The notes beneath the pieces were generated by a model. The model made no database searches. It was given only the letters and a program-made list of their open reading frames with translations, and was not told where the DNA came from. A DNA stretch of 25,516 bases from a virus (Duplodnaviria; Heunggongvirae; Uroviricota; Caudoviricetes). Of this stretch, positions 1-7,328 are shown piece by piece; the first letter of the stretch is position 1; each line of letters opens with the position of its first letter. The translations under genes were made by a program, and so were the position numbers. The DNA lies in the IMG/VR virus record IMGVR_UViG_2671180439_000001. The stretch is one strand, 5' to 3'.

Positions 1-242
1 AAAATCGTGTTGAGGCCAACGCCCATAATGCGGGCAGTTGCCCGGCATCCAACGCCATTCATGGCCATATCAATGATTTTCTGGTGCGTACCGGGTTGAG
101 AAGCGGTGTAAGTGAACTGCAGTTGCCATGTTTTACGGCAGTGAGAGCAGAGATAGCGCTGATGTCCGGCGGTGCTTTTGCCGTTACGCACCACCCCGTC
201 AGTAGCTGAACAGGAGGGACAGCTGATAGAAACAGAAGCCAC
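1..242 (-). CDS. insA: IS1 InsA (transposition regulator), partial; first ~80 codons, 3' end lies outside the window
   Basis: Minus-strand frame starting with GTG (reverse complement of 240-242) translates to [66 protein letters not shown]..., matching InsA. The 70-aa ORF-track entry 59-271 is a different frame and is not InsA. Confidence 0.85.
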   Translation of the reverse strand, partial: MASVSISCPSCSATDGVVRNGKSTAGHQRYLCSHCRKTWQLQFTYTASQPGTHQKIIDMAMNGVGCRATARIMGVGLNTI

Positions 243-297
243 TGGAGCACCTCAAAAACACCATCATACACTAAATCAGTAAGTTGGCAGCATCACC
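1..297 (-). mobile_element. IS1: IS1 insertion sequence, left-end portion (about 297 of 768 bp); the element continues beyond the window start
   Basis: Reverse complement of 275-297 is GGTGATGCTGCCAACTTACTGAT, the IS1 terminal inverted repeat. The adjoining bases read as the IS1 insA region. Identification from recall of the IS1 sequence. Confidence 0.9.
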
Positions 298-355
298 GAC
301 AAACCTTTATTTCAAGATTAAAGAAGATAAGCGCAAGGCTGCGAGAGGTGAATAA
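298..355 (+). pseudogene. 3' remnant of a phage-21-type pinholin (S21-like) gene, truncated by the IS1 insertion
   Basis: Frame ending at TAA 353-355 reads [18 protein letters not shown]-stop, resembling the charged C-terminus of the phage 21 pinholin as I recall it. The stop overlaps the endolysin ATG (TAATG). The IS1 end abuts at 297/298. Confidence 0.6.
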
Positions 356-852
356 TGCCTCCATCATTACGAAAAGCCGTTGCTGCTGCTATTGGTGGCG
401 GAGCAATTGCTATAGCATCAGTGTTAATCACTGGCCCAAGTGGTAACGATGGTCTGGAAGGTGTCAGCTACATACCATACAAAGATATTGTTGGTGTATG
501 GACTGTATGTCACGGGCATACAGGAAAAGACATCATGCTCGGTAAAACGTATACCGAAGCAGAGTGCAAAGCCCTCCTGAATAAAGACCTTGCCACTGTC
601 GCCAGACAAATTAACCCGTATATCGAAGTCGATATACCGGAAACAACGCGCGGCGCTCTTTACTCATTCGTTTACAACGTGGGTGCTGGCAATTTCAGAA
701 CATCGACGCTTCTTCGCAAAATAAACCAGGGCGATATCAAAGGCGCATGTGATCAGCTACATCGCTGGACATATGCTGGCGGTAAGCAATGGAAAGGTCT
801 CATGACTCGTCGTGAGATTGAGCGTGAAATCTGTTTGTGGGGTCAGCAATGA
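355..852 (+). CDS. R: SAR (signal-anchor-release) endolysin, phage 21 R-like, T4-lysozyme-like muramidase
   Basis: 165-aa ORF. N-terminal Gly/Ala-rich weakly hydrophobic segment ([20 protein letters not shown]) typical of SAR domains, followed by a lysozyme core; near-identical to my recollection of phage 21 R. Confidence 0.9.
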   Translation: MPPSLRKAVAAAIGGGAIAIASVLITGPSGNDGLEGVSYIPYKDIVGVWTVCHGHTGKDIMLGKTYTEAECKALLNKDLATVARQINPYIEVDIPETTRGALYSFVYNVGAGNFRTSTLLRKINQGDIKGACDQLHRWTYAGGKQWKGLMTRREIEREICLWGQQ

Positions 853-1313
853 ACAGAGTAACCGCGATTATCTCCGCTCTGGTTATCTGCATCATCGTCT
901 GCCTGTCATGGGCTGTTAATCATTACCGTGATAACGCCATTACCTACAAAGCCCAGCGCGACAAAAATGCCAGAGAACTGAAGCTGGCGAACGCGGCAAT
1001 TACTGACATGCAGATGCGCCAGCGTGATGTTGCTGCACTGGATGAAAAATACACGAAGGAGTTAGCTAATGCGAAAGCTGAAAATGATGCTCTGCGTGAT
1101 GATGTTGCCGCTGGTCGTCGTCGGTTGCACATCAAAGCAGTCTGTCAGTCAGTGCGTGAAGCCACCACCGCCTCCGGCGTGGATAATGCAGCCTCCCCCC
1201 GACTGGCAGACACCGCTGAACGGGATTATTTCACCCTCCGGGAACGACTGGTAATGATGCAGGCCCAACTTGAAGGTGCTCAGCAATACATAACCGAACA
1301 GTGTTTAAAGTAA
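849..1313 (+). CDS. Rz: Rz i-spanin (inner-membrane spanin subunit)
   Basis: Translation [40 protein letters not shown]... closely matches lambda Rz: N-terminal TM helix plus coiled-coil periplasmic domain. Start chosen at ATG 849 overlapping the R stop (ATGA); the ORF-track start 837 is an upstream in-frame alternative. Confidence 0.9.
   Translation: MNRVTAIISALVICIIVCLSWAVNHYRDNAITYKAQRDKNARELKLANAAITDMQMRQRDVAALDEKYTKELANAKAENDALRDDVAAGRRRLHIKAVCQSVREATTASGVDNAASPRLADTAERDYFTLRERLVMMQAQLEGAQQYITEQCLK
1069..1254 (+). CDS. Rz1: Rz1 o-spanin (outer-membrane lipoprotein), embedded in the +1 frame of Rz
   Basis: 61-aa ORF wholly inside Rz. Lipobox LVVVGC followed by a proline-rich stretch ([16 protein letters not shown]); AGGAG Shine-Dalgarno 8 nt upstream; matches lambda Rz1. 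Confidence 0.85.
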   Translation: MRKLKMMLCVMMLPLVVVGCTSKQSVSQCVKPPPPPAWIMQPPPDWQTPLNGIISPSGNDW

Positions 1314-1450
1314 AATCTTAACTACAATATGATTCATTTTGATGATTGTTTCATAAGGAACAGTGAAGTAAGATCTAAGAGGAGTTAAATTTTATACAGT
1401 ATAATCATAATATTGCAGCAAGGTGGTTATAATTGAAAGAATATTTAGAT

Positions 1451-2908
1451 ATGAATACATCTCATGTAAGAGTTGTTACTCATATGTGTGGGTTCCTGGT
1501 TTGGCTCTATAGTCTTTCAATGTTGCCACCAATGGTTGTAGCATTGTTTTATAAAGAAAAAAGCCTGTTCGTTTTCTTTATAACTTTCGTTATATTTTTT
1601 TGCATTGGTGGCGGAGCGTGGTATACAACTAAGAAATCTGGCATTCAATTACGTACCCGTGATGGGTTTATTATAATTGTAATGTTTTGGATTTTGTTTT
1701 CTGTTATTAGTGCATTCCCTTTATGGATTGACTCAGAACTTAATTTAACGTTCATTGATGCTCTGTTTGAAGGGGTTTCTGGAATAACAACAACAGGAGC
1801 AACTGTAATTGATGATGTTAGTTCATTACCTCGGGCATATTTGTACTATCGGTCACAGTTAAATTTTATAGGTGGTTTAGGAGTTATTGTTCTGGCGGTT
1901 GCTGTATTGCCATTATTGGGTATTGGTGGTGCAAAGCTTTATCAGTCAGAAATGCCGGGGCCATTTAAGGATGACAAACTCACTCCCCGCCTGGCCGATA
2001 CGTCACGGACACTGTGGATAACTTATTCTTTATTAGGTATTGCTTGTATTGTCTGTTATAGACTTGCAGGAATGCCTTTGTTTGATGCTATTTGTCACGG
2101 GATTTCCACAGTTTCGCTTGGTGGTTTCTCAACTCATAGCGAGAGTATCGGATATTTTAATAACTATTTGGTTGAGCTGGTGGCTGGTTCTTTTTCCCTG
2201 CTATCGGCTTTCAACTTCACTCTTTGGTATATTGTTATTAGCAGGAAAACGATAAAACCTTTAATCAGAGATATTGAACTTCGTTTCTTTCTGTTAATAG
2301 CCTTAGGGGTGATCATTGTTACCTCTTTCCAGGTCTGGCATATAGGTATGTATGACTTGCATGGAAGTTTTATTCATTCGTTTTTTCTTGCCAGCTCCAT
2401 GCTCACTGATAATGGTTTAGCTACGCAGGATTATGCAAACTGGCCCACGCACACGATAGTGTTTTTGCTGTCGTCAAGTTTCTTTGGGGGATGTATAGGT
2501 TCAACTTGTGGTGGAATTAAGTCACTTCGATTTCTTATACTTTTCAAACAAAGCAAACACGAGATAAATCAGCTTTCTCATCCCAGAGCGTTGTTGAGTG
2601 TAAATGTAGGAGGGAAGATAGTTACAGATCGTGTAATGAGGTCTGTATGGAGTTTCTTTTTTCTTTATACTCTCTTCACGGTGTTTTTTATACTGGTGTT
2701 AAATGGTATGGGATATGATTTTCTTACATCATTTGCAACAGTGGCTGCATGTATTAATAATATGGGATTAGGTTTTGGGGCTACTGCATCGTCATTCGGA
2801 GTGCTTAATGACATTGCAAAATATTTAATGTGCATAGCTATGATTCTTGGTCGCCTTGAAATTTATCCTGTTATTATATTGTTTTCAGGTTTTTTTTGGC
2901 GCTCCTAA
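1451..2908 (+). CDS. trkG: TrkH/TrkG-family potassium uptake membrane protein (Rac-prophage-type TrkG)
   Basis: Polytopic membrane protein with repeated pore-loop-like glycine motifs (GITTTGATV, LGGFSTHSE, GLGFGATAS). Strongly AT-rich coding sequence unlike its flanks. Start placed at ATG 1451 (MNTSHVRV..., 485 aa); an in-frame TTG at 1433 with an AAGGTGG Shine-Dalgarno 6 nt upstream is an alternative. Confidence 0.88.
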   Translation: MNTSHVRVVTHMCGFLVWLYSLSMLPPMVVALFYKEKSLFVFFITFVIFFCIGGGAWYTTKKSGIQLRTRDGFIIIVMFWILFSVISAFPLWIDSELNLTFIDALFEGVSGITTTGATVIDDVSSLPRAYLYYRSQLNFIGGLGVIVLAVAVLPLLGIGGAKLYQSEMPGPFKDDKLTPRLADTSRTLWITYSLLGIACIVCYRLAGMPLFDAICHGISTVSLGGFSTHSESIGYFNNYLVELVAGSFSLLSAFNFTLWYIVISRKTIKPLIRDIELRFFLLIALGVIIVTSFQVWHIGMYDLHGSFIHSFFLASSMLTDNGLATQDYANWPTHTIVFLLSSSFFGGCIGSTCGGIKSLRFLILFKQSKHEINQLSHPRALLSVNVGGKIVTDRVMRSVWSFFFLYTLFTVFFILVLNGMGYDFLTSFATVAACINNMGLGFGATASSFGVLNDIAKYLMCIAMILGRLEIYPVIILFSGFFWRS

Positions 2909-3045
2909 TATATGGCTGATTTATAATTGTGAGTTTAATATTATATTGACTCACTCATTGATCCAATACCTAACTTTACCAGCAACACCTCCGCCCCCAG
3001 TAGCACTGGCTGCTGGGGTGCGTTTTATTCATAAAGCAAGGCTGT

Positions 3046-3834
3046 ATGAGCGAGAAATTAAAGATAGTCTATCGCCCATTACAAGAATTGTCACCGTATG
3101 CGCACAACGCCAGGACGCACAGTACTGAGCAGGTGGCACAACTGGTAGAAAGTATTAAGCAATTCGGCTGGACTAATCCGGTGCTGATTGACGAAAAGGG
3201 CGAAATTATTGCGGGTCACGGTCGTGTTATGGCGGCTGAAATGCTCAAAATGGATTCTGTTCCGGTCATTGTTCTGTCTGGCCTGACGGATGATCAGAAA
3301 AAGGCGTACCGCCTGGCAGATAATCGCCTACCGATGAATGCTGGCTGGGATGAAGATCTGTTGCGGATGGAGCTGTCGGACCTAATCAATGCTGATTTTG
3401 ATGTCTCCCTGACAGGCTTCGGCCCGACAGAAATTGATGAACTGTTGACGGATGTTTTGCCCGGTACAGGAAATAAGGAGGAGCCGTATACGACGAAAAT
3501 TGATACGCCTGTTTATGAGCCGTCGGGCGGTAAACCGGATATCAGTGAACTGTACGACGATACGAAAACTCAGGAGCTGATCAGCCGGATACGTTCGGCG
3601 TCCCTTGATCCTGATATTGAGAAATTCCTCCTGTGTGCGGCAGAACGTCACACGGTGTTTAATTTCAGCAGAATTGCGGACTATTACGCTCATGCCCCCG
3701 CTGAAATTCAGTGCCTTTTCGAGGAGTCGGCGCTGGTGATCATTGATTATCAGCAGGCTATTGAAAATGGATTTGTCCGAATGACGCAGCGCATGGTGGC
3801 GATCATGCATAGCGGGGAGGAGGAATATGCGTGA
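3046..3834 (+). CDS. ParB-like nuclease domain protein (ParB/sulfiredoxin N-terminal fold)
   Basis: 262-aa ORF. N-terminal region KLKIVYRPLQELSPYAHNARTHS...IIAGHGRVMAA...VPVIVLSGLTDDQKKAYRLADNRL resembles the ParB N-terminal domain; the C-terminal half is acidic with no recognised domain. Confidence 0.7.
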   Translation: MSEKLKIVYRPLQELSPYAHNARTHSTEQVAQLVESIKQFGWTNPVLIDEKGEIIAGHGRVMAAEMLKMDSVPVIVLSGLTDDQKKAYRLADNRLPMNAGWDEDLLRMELSDLINADFDVSLTGFGPTEIDELLTDVLPGTGNKEEPYTTKIDTPVYEPSGGKPDISELYDDTKTQELISRIRSASLDPDIEKFLLCAAERHTVFNFSRIADYYAHAPAEIQCLFEESALVIIDYQQAIENGFVRMTQRMVAIMHSGEEEYA

Positions 3835-4759
3835 TGATTTTTGCGCCTTTATTCTGACTCACGGGCGACCGGACAAAGTTCTGACTTACCGGACGTTGCG
3901 TCGTGCTGGCTATACCGGGAAAATTTTTATCGTTGTTGATGATGAAGATAAGACACGGCATCAGTACATGGCTGAATTTGGTGAACAGGTGCTGGTATTT
4001 TCCAAAGCAGATATTGCCAGTCGTTTTGACGAAGCCGATAATTTTGGTGACCGCCGCTCAATTTTTTACGCCCGTAATGCCTGTTTCGACCTGGCAAAAC
4101 TGGTCGGGTGTAAATACTTCATTCAGCTCGATGATGATTATCACGAGTTCCAGTTTCGGGTGGATCGCAACTATGACCAGGCCTATTTCCCGATAAGGAA
4201 ACTGGATGCGATCCTTTCTGAAATGCTGGCGTATTACGAATCAATACCCGCGCTTTCCATCGCTATGTCGCAGGGCGGGGATTTTCTTGGTGACAATGGC
4301 GGCCATGCTTCGTGGGTGAAACGCAAGGCAATGAACAGCTTTATCTGTTCGGTTGATCGACCGTTCTCATTCATGGGGCGCATTAACGAGGATGTGAATA
4401 CGTACACGAATCTCGGTCGCCGTGGTGAATTGTTTATGACGATCGGTGCTGTCCAGTTAGGGCAGAAACAGACGCAGAAAAACAGCGGCGGAATGACCGA
4501 GCTGTATCTGGATTCCGGGACCTACGTTAAAAGTTTTTATTCCGTCATGTATGCGCCGTCGTGCGTAAAAATCTCACTGATGGGCGCCAGCCATAAACGC
4601 ATTCACCATCAGGTCACCTGGAACAACGCTGCAGTAAAAATCCTTCACGAAAAATACAGGAAGAAGACACCCTGCATATTAATGGGGGTGACAAATGATT
4701 CCGTATTCGAAAGTCGAGTCTCTGGCAGCGTGCCGGATGACTGCACAACAAATCGCTGA
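3827..4759 (+). CDS. Hypothetical protein with GT-A-like glycosyltransferase signature (two acidic motifs), possible nucleotide-sugar transferase; function unknown
   Basis: 310-aa ORF overlapping the ParB-like stop by 8 nt, GGAGGAGGA Shine-Dalgarno just upstream. Motifs KIFIVVDDEDKT (3932-3949 region) and YFIQLDDDY (LDDD at 4127-4138) resemble the Asp-rich and DxD motifs of GT-A fold (GT2-like) enzymes. No transmembrane segments seen. Confidence reflects the functional guess; the gene itself is well supported. Confidence 0.5.
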   Translation: MRDDFCAFILTHGRPDKVLTYRTLRRAGYTGKIFIVVDDEDKTRHQYMAEFGEQVLVFSKADIASRFDEADNFGDRRSIFYARNACFDLAKLVGCKYFIQLDDDYHEFQFRVDRNYDQAYFPIRKLDAILSEMLAYYESIPALSIAMSQGGDFLGDNGGHASWVKRKAMNSFICSVDRPFSFMGRINEDVNTYTNLGRRGELFMTIGAVQLGQKQTQKNSGGMTELYLDSGTYVKSFYSVMYAPSCVKISLMGASHKRIHHQVTWNNAAVKILHEKYRKKTPCILMGVTNDSVFESRVSGSVPDDCTTNR

Positions 4760-4946
4760 CGTTCTGGATGTTGATCTGAACCGACTGAAAGAAAATCGGG
4801 AAGCAATGACAAATTTTTACGCGTCCATCCGTAAGGGCAGAGCGAAAGGTGAAGCCGAGCTACGGGCGGCATTGTTTAAGCTTGCCAGAAAAGGGGATGC
4901 CTTTGCCCTACGCGAACTACTCAGGGTGGATAAAAATCAGGACTAA
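4695..4946 (+). CDS. Hypothetical small protein, possible helix-turn-helix DNA-binding protein preceding the terminase genes
   Basis: 83-aa ORF ending 4 nt before TerS. Segment MTAQQIADVLDVDLNRLKEN looks HTH-like. Its 5' end overlaps the preceding gene by 65 nt, so the real start may be the internal ATG at 4737. Confidence 0.35.
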   Translation: MIPYSKVESLAACRMTAQQIADVLDVDLNRLKENREAMTNFYASIRKGRAKGEAELRAALFKLARKGDAFALRELLRVDKNQD

Positions 4947-4949
4947 CTG

Positions 4950-6044
4950 ATGAGCAGACCGGACTGGGGGGCGTTGCAGCAGGAGTATATTGCTGAATAC
5001 ACCCGCTCCGGTATATCTCCGGTGGCATGGTGTGAAGCAAGGGGACTGAATTACGCAACAGCCCGTCGTTACATCAAAAAACCTCCGAAAAATGCGCAGA
5101 CAGAAATGCGCAAAACTGCGCAAAAAAGTGCGCAGAAAAAATCTGCGCAGACTGCACAAAAGCGGAACGGAAAATCTCAGGAAAAAAAGCCAGTATCCGA
5201 TGCGTACCTGAATGAGGGCGATGCGGAAGAAATTTCGTTCTGTCCCGATGAATTCGGCGTTTCTGACCAGCAGGCGAAATTCGCAATGCTGGTTGCCCAG
5301 GGGAAAAAACTCGTTGAGGCATATCGCCTGGCAGGATACGAGTCAGAGGGGAATGCGGCCTACGTAACCGCCAGCCAGCTCCTAAGAAATCCTAAGGTTT
5401 TTCGTGCTATCAGCTACTTCCGCAATCAGTACCAGAAACGCTATACCGCAGACCTGGATTTACTGGTGAGTCAGTTGATGGCCATTGTCCAGGCCGACCC
5501 CAATCAGTTGGCACAATTTCGCCGTGTTAACTGCCGTTATTGCTGGGGCGAGAATCATCACTACCAGTGGCGCGATATAGCAGAATTCGATAAGGCAGCG
5601 GCGCAGGCCTCCAGAGATGGCAAACCCGAGCCGGAATATGGTGGCCTTGGCTTTGTTGATAACGCCATACCCAATCCGGACTGCCCGAAGTGCTGCGGTG
5701 AGGGAACGGGGCAGCTTTATATGGCTGATACCACTCTGCTTGATGGGGAAGCGCGGCAATTATATGCAGGGGCAAAGCTCGGAAAATTTGGTGTTGAGAT
5801 CCTGCTGGAGGATAAGGCTGCCGCCCGGCGTGAATTGTTGCGTTTGCTTGCTGCTGGTGGGGCTTTATGTGCAGATAAGCGGCTACAGGAACTGGAAATT
5901 GAACGGCGCAGAATGGAAAACCAGAAGCTGCGCAAAGAGATCGAAACGGTGGAAGATAATGAACATCCCCAACCTGTGGCGATCAATATTAATGTGGTTG
6001 ATGCCAGAGTAAGGAGTGATGAAGATGATCTCTCCGACGCTTAA
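4950..6044 (+). CDS. Terminase small subunit (Terminase_2/P27-like core) with N-terminal HTH and Cys-rich zinc-ribbon-like segment
   Basis: 364-aa ORF directly upstream of and overlapping the large terminase. Region SDQQAKFAMLVAQGKKLVEAYRLAGYESEGNAAYVTASQLLRNPKVFRAI fits the small-terminase pattern; N-terminal HTH-like segment (SPVAWCEARGLNYATARRYI); low-complexity K/A/Q linker; CRYC...CPKCC motif; C-terminal coiled coil. Confidence 0.75.
   Translation: MSRPDWGALQQEYIAEYTRSGISPVAWCEARGLNYATARRYIKKPPKNAQTEMRKTAQKSAQKKSAQTAQKRNGKSQEKKPVSDAYLNEGDAEEISFCPDEFGVSDQQAKFAMLVAQGKKLVEAYRLAGYESEGNAAYVTASQLLRNPKVFRAISYFRNQYQKRYTADLDLLVSQLMAIVQADPNQLAQFRRVNCRYCWGENHHYQWRDIAEFDKAAAQASRDGKPEPEYGGLGFVDNAIPNPDCPKCCGEGTGQLYMADTTLLDGEARQLYAGAKLGKFGVEILLEDKAAARRELLRLLAAGGALCADKRLQELEIERRRMENQKLRKEIETVEDNEHPQPVAININVVDARVRSDEDDLSDA
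5093..5149 (+). repeat. Array of five TGCGCA(G/A)A palindromic-core repeats inside the 5' part of the TerS gene (candidate pac/TerS recognition site)
   Basis: TGCGCA occurs at 5093, 5107, 5117, 5129 and 5144, spaced 10-15 bp, each followed by G/A then A. Confidence 0.5.
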
Positions 6045-7326
6045 TGTGCCTCAGGCGCGATTTCTTTCAATGCCCCACAAATTTAAAGCCTATGTCGCTG
6101 GTTTTGGCTCGGGTAAAACATGGATTGGGTGTGGTGGCATATGCAAGGGGATTTGGGAACATCCTGGTATAAATCAGGGATATTTTGCGCCAACGTATCC
6201 CCAAATTCGCGATATTTTTTACCCTACAGTGGAAGAAGTTGCTGCTGACTGGGGATTGAACGTAAAAATTAATGAGGGAAATAAAGAGGTTCACTTTTAT
6301 TACGGACGCCAGTATCGGGGAACCACTATCTGCAGATCGATGGAGAAGCCGCAAACGATCGTCGGTTTCAAAATTGGTAATGCGTTGGTGGATGAACTGG
6401 ACATTTTGCCGAAGGAAAAAGCCAGAACGGCGTGGCGCAAGATAATTGCGCGTATGCGTTATAAGATTGATGGACTTCGCAACGGTATTGACGTTACAAC
6501 CACGCCGGAAGGATTCAAATTTGTCTACGAGCAGTTTGTTAAAGCCGTGCGTGAAAAAACAGAGCTGGCCTCACTGTATGGTCTGGTGCAGGCATCTACT
6601 TTCGATAATGAAAAGAACCTGCCAGCAGATTACATTCCTTCGCTTCTTGAATCATACCCTCCAGAGCTGATTAAAGCCTATCTTCGAGGACAGTTTACTA
6701 ACCTGACAAGTGGTACTGTTTACCATCAGTTTGACCGGAAACTGAATAATTGCGAAGAAGTGGAGCAGCCAGGGGAGCCGATTTATATTGGGATGGATTT
6801 TAACGTTGGAAAGATGGCGGGAATCGTCCATGTGCTGCGTTTGGGGCTTCCATGTGCGGTAACTGAAATCATCAATGCCTACGATACGCCGGATATGATC
6901 CGCATCATTAAAGAACGCTTCTGGCTGTATGACGGGAATGATTACCGGAAAGTGAGGGAGATTTATATTTATCCAGATGCTTCCGGAGATTCCAGAAAAT
7001 CAAGTAACGCAAGTACGACGGATTTAGCCCAGCTTAAGCAGGCTGGTTTTAACGTTGTGGTGAACAGCTCGAACCCGCCAGTAAAAGATCGCGTTAACTC
7101 AATGAATGCAATGTTCTGCAATGCCAATGGCGAACGTCGCTATAAAGTTAATGTGAAGCGTTGTCCGGTATATGCCGAATCTCTGGAGCAACAGGTCTGG
7201 GATGATAAGGGGGAGCCTGATAAAAAATCAGGCAACGATCACCCGAATGATGCCGGAGGCTATTTCATCGTTAAGCAATTCCCTATTATCAAACCGACCG
7301 GAAGAGTCACATCACTTCGGATTTAA
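6025..7326 (+). CDS. Terminase large subunit (PBSX/Terminase_3-like ATPase-nuclease)
   Basis: Walker-A-like GFGSGKT near the N-terminus, acidic DELD (Walker-B-like), C-terminal nuclease-like region (IYIGMDFNVG). Start placed at ATG 6025, which has an AAGGAG Shine-Dalgarno 8 nt upstream; the ORF track starts at GTG 6016. Confidence 0.85.
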   Translation: MISPTLNVPQARFLSMPHKFKAYVAGFGSGKTWIGCGGICKGIWEHPGINQGYFAPTYPQIRDIFYPTVEEVAADWGLNVKINEGNKEVHFYYGRQYRGTTICRSMEKPQTIVGFKIGNALVDELDILPKEKARTAWRKIIARMRYKIDGLRNGIDVTTTPEGFKFVYEQFVKAVREKTELASLYGLVQASTFDNEKNLPADYIPSLLESYPPELIKAYLRGQFTNLTSGTVYHQFDRKLNNCEEVEQPGEPIYIGMDFNVGKMAGIVHVLRLGLPCAVTEIINAYDTPDMIRIIKERFWLYDGNDYRKVREIYIYPDASGDSRKSSNASTTDLAQLKQAGFNVVVNSSNPPVKDRVNSMNAMFCNANGERRYKVNVKRCPVYAESLEQQVWDDKGEPDKKSGNDHPNDAGGYFIVKQFPIIKPTGRVTSLRI

Positions 7327-7328
7327 TT

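Noticed and set aside
59-271. 70-aa ORF-track entry on the minus strand inside IS1
   Set aside because: It is an alternative frame of the IS1 left end. The genuine IS1 gene here is InsA in a different frame, starting at the GTG at 242-240.
1433-1450. TTG start extending trkG by 6 codons
   Set aside because: It has a good Shine-Dalgarno, but the ATG at 1451 gives the 485-aa product I recall for TrkG. Kept as an alternative, not the primary call.
2897-2975. Possible sigma-70 promoter elements upstream of the ParB-like gene (TTGGCG ... TATAAT with 19-bp spacer; TTGACT with a weak -10)
   Set aside because: Spacing and hexamer matches are suboptimal. AT-rich DNA produces such matches by chance, so no promoter feature was reported.
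2847-3128. 93-aa ORF spanning the trkG/ParB-like intergenic region
   Set aside because: It overlaps the trkG 3' end and the ParB-like gene start in another frame, with no ribosome binding site; both neighbours are better supported.
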